From: an uncultured Flavobacteriales bacterium
GTDB lineage: Bacteria; Bacteroidota; Bacteroidia; Flavobacteriales_D; Sanyastnellaceae
DNA: 64,000 nt
Assembly: GCA_913051865.1 (NCBI GenBank)
Contig: CAJXHE010000002.1
Coordinates: forward strand, 8,828-72,827
Direction: 5' to 3'
The position numbers were made by a program, and so were the translations under genes. The notes below the pieces were generated by a model that was not told the origin of the DNA, made no database searches, and saw only the letters and a list, made by a program, of their open reading frames with translations. Positions 56,686 through 64,000 of this stretch are shown in pieces (position 1 is the first letter of the stretch; the number at the start of each line of letters is the position of its first letter).

Positions 56686-59466
56686 CTAATACGAAATTAC
56701 GGGAGGATCAAGCACCACACAATATTCGCAATAATGCGAATCTTCATTGTGAGATATTTTCTTCCCATTTTCACGAAACGCAGCGAGTCTCATTCCGATC
56801 CAATCTAAGAAGCGATTAACATCATCTTTTGTAATGTCTTTGCTGTCATTGATCGTCAGAGTTAGCAATCCTGAGTGTACATTTCTCCCCGAGCGTATTG
56901 CCGCATTCACAACGTCTAAATTCTCATTTCTCTTCAAGAGCATCGCACAATAGACCATAAGTTGAAGTGCTTTTCCTGCTTTGCCTCGATTCAATTTACC
57001 ATCTTCACCATCCCAATCTCCTGATTTTGAATCTTTCAAATTCAGTTCTGATTGTGTTGTTTGTCCTGTTTTATAATCTACGACACGGGTCACCCCATCG
57101 ATTTTCTCAACCCGATCTGCCATCCCGAAAAATTTTATTTCTCTCCCATCCTTTAAGGTGTAGGTTGCGTCAATCTTCTCTTCCAATCCCGTAATGGTGA
57201 TTGTACTCCCATCATTATTTAACTCTGATATTTCACGTGTAAGTATTTTTTTAATCGTAGATCTCGCGGAGCGAATAAGTAAAAAATTCTCTCCTCTGTC
57301 CGATGGTCCATATTTATACTCTTCGGCAATTGCATCAGCCAATAATTCGTTTACTTGCGAGAGTATTTCTTTAAGATGTGACGCTTTCAGAGTAATATTC
57401 AGGGCTGTTTTTTTAAGCCCTTCTTCAAAGACTTTATGTACGATGGACCCCAGAGTGTTGCTTTGTATGCTCTCTTCTAAATCTGTTGGTTCAGACAACT
57501 TCAATAAATATCGATATGTAAAATTACGTTCACAGGTGAGCATTTTATTGATTGCAGACGGTGACATTCCATTTCCCATCCAGGTGTTAAACCTCTCCTT
57601 CATAAAGTCATTTAATTCCAGTTTTGGAATTTCTGGCCTTTCATCTGGAAGCGGCATGTTGAATGTCAAGCGCTCAGTCTCGAAATGTTTTTTTAACTGC
57701 AGGATATAACGGCTAGCTTCTACGCCATCCTTGCCTCCGGTTCTGTGAAGTAGATGTATCTCTGTCGATCTATTTAACAGTCGATATAAGCTATATGCAT
57801 ATGCGGCTTCTCGTTCGTGTCTTCCGGGGAAACCCAAATTGTTTTGAAGGTCGGCGGGGATGTAACTGTCAATAATCTCTTGTTTAGGCATCGCCCCCTC
57901 ATTGCAATCAAGAACAATTACCCTGTCATAGTCAAGTGCACGGGTTTCGGTAAGCCCCATGATCTGTAAACCTTTTGCAGGCTCTCCAAGTAAATTAACT
58001 TTCTCTATACTTAGTAATTTCTGCATAAGCATTCTCACATCCTCCGAGGTTTTGCAAGGATTGTGCTTGGATTGCAACCGTCTCATGACACTTACCACAC
58101 GTCTTACACAATTCCACCCCGCCTTTACCCACGGATTTTCTTCATGCGCTAATTGTCCGCCAAGTTTTTCAGTCCAAACACCAAGCGCTTCTAGGTATGT
58201 GTCTGCTTGGTTTGTTTTTAATGACTTTAGGTCTGAGACAAAAGCATAAAAGGGGCCTTTTGACACTTCTTTTAGGAGTTCGTCACTGACCCAAACCGCG
58301 TGTTTCTCTGCGAGTATATGAAGCGTATGTGCAGCATCTTTTCGGTAATCATTTGCGATCTGTTGACTCGAAAGTGCCATCAAATCTTCATATCTCCACG
58401 CCTGACCTTTTCGTGTGGTCATGCGATTTATAAGATGTATGAATGGGTGTATCGGCGTTTCTCGAATGCTTAAGCCCATGGTAACATTGTAACCATCTTT
58501 ACAGTATGGCAGGGCTTGTAAAAGCATTGGCAGGGTCGATGCTTCGGGCACGACAATGACCGTTTTTCCCTTTTCATCATCTGAAAGGTCAGATACAATT
58601 TGCCTAACATACTGACATGAACTCATGACACTGCTACATTCGACAATCTTTATTTTAGGTGCCTTGTCTTGAATTCTTGATTTGATAAAATTCGCAGCGC
58701 TTTTAATGTCACGGTGAATATCGCGGATGAAATAACCCGCTTCCATTTGTCCATCTTCCACATAAAAGCGATCTGCATCGGGCAAGTAGCATAATTTCCC
58801 CGATGCGTGCCATTTCTTGATATACAAAAGTTCACTTCCAGTTAGTGCTGCCAAACCTGCAGCATAGACCATGTCGTACCCATCCGTCTTTCCCTCCTCT
58901 GCAACTTTTCGGCTCAGTTTTGCCTTGGTCACAAGGCCCTCTTCTCTAAGAACCTCATGTAATTTCGTATATAAGTTTGGGAGTCGATCCCACTGCTTCA
59001 TAAAAATGATTTGGTCATCAGTGAGTTTTTTGTCTGGCGCAAAACTCCATTCTTCGATTTCTTTTATATCCCTGAGGTTTTTAAATACAGCCAATGCATC
59101 TTTCAAATGATGGTCAATGGCGTGGAAATCCGACAAGGCTATAGGCCCCCAGTTTAAAAACGATGAAAAGCCATCTCTTCCTTCTGGTAAATTAACTTGG
59201 ACGGCATAGAGCCTGGCAAGGACTTCTAAGTTTTCAGCCATGGAGAATGCTTTATCTCCCTCCATAAATGCGCCCAGGGTCATCACCTTAGGCATGCGAC
59301 ATGGCTTGCCGACAACTTTTGCGAATGCCCTTTTAAAGGCATTTACTGCCCTAAAACTAGGCAGCACGACTGCACATTTCTCAGGAGATTCATGCTGGCA
59401 AAGGATGTTTGCAACGTCTTCTAGAAACGTTTGTGAGCCAAGTGTGATTGCGGGGATTTTGTTCAA
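56686..59466 (-). CDS. PD-(D/E)XK nuclease family protein, AddB-like
   Basis: 926 aa. The C-terminal RecB-type nuclease motif reads GMADRVEK...TRVVDYKTGQ, followed by QLMVYCAML and a terminal CEYC pair. I did not see a Walker A in the N-terminal helicase-like part. Confidence 0.75.
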   Translation of the reverse strand: MNKIPAITLGSQTFLEDVANILCQHESPEKCAVVLPSFRAVNAFKRAFAKVVGKPCRMPKVMTLGAFMEGDKAFSMAENLEVLARLYAVQVNLPEGRDGFSSFLNWGPIALSDFHAIDHHLKDALAVFKNLRDIKEIEEWSFAPDKKLTDDQIIFMKQWDRLPNLYTKLHEVLREEGLVTKAKLSRKVAEEGKTDGYDMVYAAGLAALTGSELLYIKKWHASGKLCYLPDADRFYVEDGQMEAGYFIRDIHRDIKSAANFIKSRIQDKAPKIKIVECSSVMSSCQYVRQIVSDLSDDEKGKTVIVVPEASTLPMLLQALPYCKDGYNVTMGLSIRETPIHPFIHLINRMTTRKGQAWRYEDLMALSSQQIANDYRKDAAHTLHILAEKHAVWVSDELLKEVSKGPFYAFVSDLKSLKTNQADTYLEALGVWTEKLGGQLAHEENPWVKAGWNCVRRVVSVMRRLQSKHNPCKTSEDVRMLMQKLLSIEKVNLLGEPAKGLQIMGLTETRALDYDRVIVLDCNEGAMPKQEIIDSYIPADLQNNLGFPGRHEREAAYAYSLYRLLNRSTEIHLLHRTGGKDGVEASRYILQLKKHFETERLTFNMPLPDERPEIPKLELNDFMKERFNTWMGNGMSPSAINKMLTCERNFTYRYLLKLSEPTDLEESIQSNTLGSIVHKVFEEGLKKTALNITLKASHLKEILSQVNELLADAIAEEYKYGPSDRGENFLLIRSARSTIKKILTREISELNNDGSTITITGLEEKIDATYTLKDGREIKFFGMADRVEKIDGVTRVVDYKTGQTTQSELNLKDSKSGDWDGEDGKLNRGKAGKALQLMVYCAMLLKRNENLDVVNAAIRSGRNVHSGLLTLTINDSKDITKDDVNRFLDWIGMRLAAFRENGKKISHNEDSHYCEYCVVLDPPVISY

Positions 59467-59482
59467 GATCGGGATGTCCTAT

Positions 59483-60139
59483 TCAATCCTTCAAGGTAAA
59501 ACCATTGCGGATAAATTTCCACCAAAGTTTCCGAGATTCATGATCTGTAAACACCGATTTCATTTCTCCCCAGAGTGAATTTTTCGGTGTTGAGACCGTA
59601 TCCTTCTTTGGAGCGTTCGTACCAACTTCTGCGTCAACGACTTCTTGAACCTGAACATCCACGGCAACCTCAACTTTATCTTCAGCGTCAATCTCAGTTT
59701 GCTTGAGTATTTCCTGCAACTCGTCAGCCACTCTAAACCTTTCTTGAGCTTGGGCTTTATAGCCCTTTGCCTCCTCTAGAAGCCCCAGATTGTTGTGTGC
59801 AATTGTATCTTCAGGATCGAGTTCAATGGCATGTTTATAGTCCTCTATGGCTGCGTCTGTATCACCTGCAGCTTGTTTCATCCAACCCCTAGACGCAAAT
59901 CTGTAGCTATAATCAGGTTGTAAAGTTGCGGCTTCGTTGAGGTCTTCAATGGCCTCCGCGATAGCGCCTGTATGAAATTTACAGATTGCCCTGTCGTGGA
60001 ACGCATTGGGGTCAAAATTGACTTTTTCAGTCGATGAAAACCAAATATTCCAATCGATTAACGCTGCCTTCCATTCGCTTTGCGCCATAAAACTTAAGGC
60101 ACGTTTGCGAATTGTATTATTTGATGTTTCTAAAGTCAC
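59483..60139 (-). CDS. Tetratricopeptide-repeat protein
   Basis: 218 aa with about four TPR-like units (AIEDLNEAATLQPDYSY..., AIEDYKHAIELDPEDTIAHNNLGLL...). Confidence 0.75.
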   Translation of the reverse strand: MTLETSNNTIRKRALSFMAQSEWKAALIDWNIWFSSTEKVNFDPNAFHDRAICKFHTGAIAEAIEDLNEAATLQPDYSYRFASRGWMKQAAGDTDAAIEDYKHAIELDPEDTIAHNNLGLLEEAKGYKAQAQERFRVADELQEILKQTEIDAEDKVEVAVDVQVQEVVDAEVGTNAPKKDTVSTPKNSLWGEMKSVFTDHESRKLWWKFIRNGFTLKD

Positions 60140-60248
60140 TCTGCGAATGTAAAGATTTTACCATTTGTATTGTAGTTTTAACAAACGATATTACTACAAA
60201 AATGAACACATTGTTAGATTCATCTCGGCTCAACCAAACCATACCTTT

Positions 60249-61274
60249 TTGAAAGTTATCACAGATGTCGATATAACCCACGAACTCACATTTCACGTTC
60301 CGGCCATGGCAAGTCGATATATCGAAGTGAAAGATGACAATCAGGTTCGGGATGCGCTCACTTTTGCGAAAGAAGAAGGTCTGAATATTTTGATTTTAGG
60401 TGGAGGAAGCAATATGCTATTCCATTCTGATTTCGAGGGTCTTGTTGTTAAAATTGCGAGCCGAGGAATTGACGTTCTGAATGATGATGGCAGGGTATTA
60501 GAGGTGGTCGCTGAGGCAGGAGAGATGTGGCATCATTTCGTCATGCATACGCTTGAGAACGGATGGGGAGGGTTAGAAAACCTCGCCCTTATACCTGGGT
60601 GTGTTGGCGCAAGTCCCATGCAGAATATTGGCGCTTACGGCGTAGAGATTAAAGATGTTTTTTCTTGGCTTGAAGCCATTAATATTGAAAGTGGTGAATG
60701 CGTTAAATTTCATCTAGAGGATTGCAAATTTGGCTACCGTGAGTCGATATTTAAGATAGATGAAAAAGGCAAGTGGGTGATTGTGAGGGTTGCCTTTAGA
60801 CTGGATCGGCAATCTGAATTGAAAACAGGCTATGGCGCCTTAGAAACAGAACTCTCGAAAATATCGAAGCACAAGATCTCCCACACTGACGTGGCAAATG
60901 CCGTGGTGACAATTAGAAATTCTAAACTTCCCAATCCAGACATACTTGGGAATGCAGGCTCGTTTTTCAAAAACCCTGTGATTGATCATAACTTGTTTTC
61001 GGCGCTAAAACTTAACTATCCAGAGATCCCCAACTACCTTCAAACAGACGGGACTGTCAAATTGGCTGCGGGTTGGCTAATTGACCAAGCAGGTTGGAAA
61101 GGACATAGCAGAGGGACGCATGGCGTACATGACAAACAAGCATTGGTGCTTGTAAATAGGGGGGGGGCTAGCGGCCGTGAAATATGGCTACTCGCAACAG
61201 ATATCATGACAAGTGTAGAAAAGAAATTTGGGATTAAGCTTGAGCCTGAAGTCAACCAAATTGGGATGATTTAG
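60249..61274 (+). CDS. murB: UDP-N-acetylenolpyruvoylglucosamine reductase
   Basis: FAD-binding motif ILGGGSNMLF, ALIPGCVGASPMQNIGAYG, GNAGSFFKNP, and a C-terminal SAGWLID-like AAGWLIDQAGWKG. The start is uncertain. The TTG at 60249 gives MKVITDVDITHELTFHV, which resembles typical MurB N-termini. The listed TTG at 60165 adds 28 atypical residues. Confidence 0.9.
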   Translation: MKVITDVDITHELTFHVPAMASRYIEVKDDNQVRDALTFAKEEGLNILILGGGSNMLFHSDFEGLVVKIASRGIDVLNDDGRVLEVVAEAGEMWHHFVMHTLENGWGGLENLALIPGCVGASPMQNIGAYGVEIKDVFSWLEAINIESGECVKFHLEDCKFGYRESIFKIDEKGKWVIVRVAFRLDRQSELKTGYGALETELSKISKHKISHTDVANAVVTIRNSKLPNPDILGNAGSFFKNPVIDHNLFSALKLNYPEIPNYLQTDGTVKLAAGWLIDQAGWKGHSRGTHGVHDKQALVLVNRGGASGREIWLLATDIMTSVEKKFGIKLEPEVNQIGMI

Positions 61275-61276
61275 CC

Positions 61277-62308
61277 TTAATAATCGACGCAAGGATGGTA
61301 GGTAGGAGGGCCATCTTTTTTACGCACATCCCAAAGGTATTTTAATGAAATCTCATGTGAGCCTCCAGATGTTGCAATGCCAAGTTTACTCAAAGTAAGA
61401 TCGTAACTGTATCCCATTCTCCACATTTTATTTCCGAATCCGAATACGAAACTTACTGCGTCTATGTCAATTGATCCATCTGCAGCATGTTGTAACACAG
61501 GAATACCTCTATACCAAACCCCAACGGTCATGATATTCAAGTCGTAGTATGCCCCCAAATCTAGTTGGTCGAATAACCCTTGATTTGTGTAATTGAAGGC
61601 GAATACGATATCCTTTGTATGCTTGGCCTTAGGTCCTCGTTTCAGTGACATCCGCCCTCCACCATGCGCGGACAACCTCATTTCTAATTTCTCTGCATAC
61701 TCATGACTGATACTGTGATTGGGTGTATTCAGATGGTCGGCAGATAGTCCAAACCAAGACTTCCGACTCACGATCAGGAATCCAGATCCCATATCTATAT
61801 ACTGTTTTCCAGTTCCTAACCCTTGCTCAAGTGTCGTCGACGCATCATTGCGAAGAAGCTGATCCATAAATGTAAGTGCATTTAAATTCACGGATCGACT
61901 TACGAGTCCGATTTGTAGCGCGGGTCGAATAAATGTGCGCGGTCCAAGCTGGAATTCATATGCATATTGAAAGGCAACACGGGAAGAACGTAAAGCGCCA
62001 GCTCCCGCCTCTTCGTGGCTGATAAGAACACCAATTCCACCATTGTGATCAAAAGTGGGTCTGTCGTAAGCAATTTGAAATCCTGTGTATGCTTGCGGCA
62101 AGCTTGCCCATTGTGCTCTGTATAATGTCACGGCTCTTGCCTGCCCTGTCGATCCTACATATCCTGGGTTTATCGAAGTCGGAGCGGCATTGTACTGTGT
62201 GAAATGCATGTCTTGAGCCTTCAAAGAAGATGCGCCCCAGGCAAATGCCATCACAGTCATTGCAGCAATAAATATACCTTTAGGATTTAAGTGAAGGAAG
62301 AATCTCAT
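61277..62308 (-). CDS. PorP/SprF-family T9SS outer-membrane protein
   Basis: Signal peptide, then QDMHFTQYNAAPTSINPGYVG, the hallmark N-terminal motif of PorP/SprF. 343-aa barrel-sized protein. Confidence 0.85.
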   Translation of the reverse strand: MRFFLHLNPKGIFIAAMTVMAFAWGASSLKAQDMHFTQYNAAPTSINPGYVGSTGQARAVTLYRAQWASLPQAYTGFQIAYDRPTFDHNGGIGVLISHEEAGAGALRSSRVAFQYAYEFQLGPRTFIRPALQIGLVSRSVNLNALTFMDQLLRNDASTTLEQGLGTGKQYIDMGSGFLIVSRKSWFGLSADHLNTPNHSISHEYAEKLEMRLSAHGGGRMSLKRGPKAKHTKDIVFAFNYTNQGLFDQLDLGAYYDLNIMTVGVWYRGIPVLQHAADGSIDIDAVSFVFGFGNKMWRMGYSYDLTLSKLGIATSGGSHEISLKYLWDVRKKDGPPTYHPCVDY

Positions 62309-62356
62309 ATCCTTTAATACGTCTCTAGACGACCAAAGGTTACAATTTATAGGGGG

Positions 62357-64000
62357 TTATTTTGCCAGTAAAGTCACTGTCCCTGCTCTCTGTAATTTCC
62401 TGCCATCACTTAGTAATGCAACCGCCTTAAACGCATAAACATCCTGAGGTGAAAGTTCACCATTCACATATCCATCCCATCCAATGTTGACATCTGAAGA
62501 GTAGAAAATCTGTTCGCCAAGTTTATTGAACACAAAGAGTTCATACTCAATGATTCCTGCATGTAGTGGGCGGAACACATTGTTGTCATAAGCCTGAGGA
62601 TCATACATACCTCCACTACCACCACCACTAAGTGGGGTAAAGGCTGTTGGAAAGGTCATTTCCCCGCCTGGTTTGGCGAGTATTGCATCAACCAATGTGA
62701 ATGTGGTTGAACATCCCCATTCGTTATCCGCTGTTAATGAAACAGTATATACTCCCTCACCGGTATACTCATGAATGGGGTGTTCACTTGTAGATGTAGT
62801 TCCATCACCGAAAGACCAAACAAATTCTGATGCGTCAGCCGATAAATTCATGTGATAAACCGGCTCTCCTGGCGCAAAAACCTCAGTTGGAGAAAGTGTA
62901 AATGCGGCTTGTGCTTTCGGATAAACGACGACAGTAGCGTAGTGAGTGTCTTCCAGAACCGTCCCTTCATATCCATAGACTTCAAGCTTGATATCGTATG
63001 TGCCAGGTTGCTCATATGTATGCGAAGGATGTTCCGCAGCATGGGTCGTTCCGTCACCGAAATCCCAACGATATTCCTCAGCATATTGTGAGAAATTTGT
63101 AAAATCTATTTTCAATGGTGCGCACCCTTCACCTCCTCCCAAAAAGCTTATTTCAGGTGTGGGCGGTAAAATCTTAACGTTTTGGGATGCATTGTCACCA
63201 CAAAATCCATTGTTGACGTCAAGCGCAATATTGTAGCTTCCCCAGGTCTCAAAAGTGTGACTTCCTGGTTCTGCATCTACGCTGACTGTTCCATCACCGA
63301 AGTTCCACATGTTTGAACTTGATCCTCCGGCCAGTGTTACATTTTCAATCTCTACAGTAGTATTTGGGTATGTTTGAATGATCGGAGTAACCATGAACCC
63401 GGCATGCGGCGCAGCATAAACTTCAATATTTGTACGAATGGTATCTGTACATCCGAATGTTGATGTTACCGCGAGAGAAATCGTGAACGTGGTGTCCTGA
63501 TCTGCAAAAGGTGTCGTGAATGTATGTGTTGGTTCGAATGTATTGCTTTGTAAACCATCCCCGAAATTCCAATTGTATACAGAGGCTCCAGATGTTGAGT
63601 TTAGGAAGGAAACCTCAAAAGGAGAGCAGCCTTGTTGCGGAACATCGAACGCTGCTTCTATTTCAGGAAGCACTTCTACCTGCACTTGATCTTGAGCCGA
63701 ACATCCACTGTTTGTGGTTGCTGTAAGAATCGCAGTGTAGGTGACGGGTTCATTTGAAGGGTTAAAGTAATTAAACACATGTTCTGTCGCGTCCTCATTC
63801 GAGATTTCACCTGTTCCATAATACCATTCGATGTTGTCAGCTCCTTGAGAAGCATTTGTAAACGTCACCTCCAACGGATAGCATCCAATCATATTTGCAA
63901 TTTCTACATCTGCAACTGGTGTTGCAAGAACTTCTAATTCCACAGATTTGCTCCCAGTACAACCATACACGCTCTCACCTTGTAATGTGACTGTGAATGT
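62357..64000 (-). CDS. PKD-repeat surface protein with a T9SS type-B (gliding-motility-associated, CHU_C) C-terminal domain. The 5' end lies right of the window.
   Basis: The frame stays open to nt 64000, upstream of the listed GTG. There are at least five ~80-aa PKD-like repeats (W.FGDG....E.P.H.Y...G.Y.V.L). The C-terminus FPTAFTP...YELFVFNKLGEQIFYSSD..IGWDGYVNGE...DVYAFK fits the type-B CTD. Confidence 0.8.
   Translation of the reverse strand, partial: TFTVTLQGESVYGCTGSKSVELEVLATPVADVEIANMIGCYPLEVTFTNASQGADNIEWYYGTGEISNEDATEHVFNYFNPSNEPVTYTAILTATTNSGCSAQDQVQVEVLPEIEAAFDVPQQGCSPFEVSFLNSTSGASVYNWNFGDGLQSNTFEPTHTFTTPFADQDTTFTISLAVTSTFGCTDTIRTNIEVYAAPHAGFMVTPIIQTYPNTTVEIENVTLAGGSSSNMWNFGDGTVSVDAEPGSHTFETWGSYNIALDVNNGFCGDNASQNVKILPPTPEISFLGGGEGCAPLKIDFTNFSQYAEEYRWDFGDGTTHAAEHPSHTYEQPGTYDIKLEVYGYEGTVLEDTHYATVVVYPKAQAAFTLSPTEVFAPGEPVYHMNLSADASEFVWSFGDGTTSTSEHPIHEYTGEGVYTVSLTADNEWGCSTTFTLVDAILAKPGGEMTFPTAFTPLSGGGSGGMYDPQAYDNNVFRPLHAGIIEYELFVFNKLGEQIFYSSDVNIGWDGYVNGELSPQDVYAFKAVALLSDGRKLQRAGTVTLLAK

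Noticed and set aside
56140-57709. Plus-strand ORFs of 166 aa (56140-56640) and 171 aa (57194-57709)
   Set aside because: Both lie antisense to well-supported minus-strand genes (the glycosyltransferase and the AddB-like nuclease). They have Ser/Phe/Leu-rich shadow-ORF composition and no recognisable motifs.

Overview
This window looks like ordinary core chromosome from a Bacteroidota genome, probably a marine Flavobacteriia-like organism. That assignment is inferred from three things: the T9SS genes (sprA, porP/sprF, and cargo with type-A and type-B C-terminal domains), the alternative complex III plus haem-copper oxidase locus, and TAnnTTTG-type -7 promoter boxes. Coding density is very high, with about 56 CDS and many 1-17 nt start/stop overlaps. 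I found no rRNA, tRNA, CRISPR array, transposase, integrase or recognisable defence genes.

Gene content, left to right:
- actB (5'-truncated by the window edge), actCDEF, coxB, coxA
- ruvB, queG, an HI0933-type flavoprotein
- a coupled ABC ATPase / FtsX permease / DUF3299-like trio
- a T9SS-exported PQQ-type sugar dehydrogenase
- a TonB-dependent receptor plus a DUF4249-like lipoprotein
- a DUF4856-like / imelysin / HTTM / TonB-dependent receptor module
- proline dehydrogenase divergent from an M20 dipeptidase
- a minus-strand cluster of three CxxC thioredoxin-fold envelope proteins and two beta-barrels
- maeB, ruvA, sprA, gcvH, a TonB-like protein
- a coupled ribF / LRR / NadR-like kinase / pnuC unit
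- atpDC, rlmH, nadC, murB
- an AddB-like nuclease
- porP/sprF with a PKD-repeat type-B-CTD protein that runs off the right edge

Nothing here is demonstrably a new system. The candidates most worth following up are:
1. the envelope thiol-redox cluster at 29.8-35.3 kb, which includes a T9SS-exported WCGPC redoxin and a TlpA gene coupled to a DUF6029-type barrel;
2. the HTTM protein embedded in the imelysin/TonB-dependent receptor module;
3. the mixed cofactor-salvage operon with an LRR protein inside it;
4. a roughly 120-residue coiled-coil and His-rich insertion in cytochrome oxidase subunit II.

All family assignments come from reading the translated motifs by eye. No database search was run.
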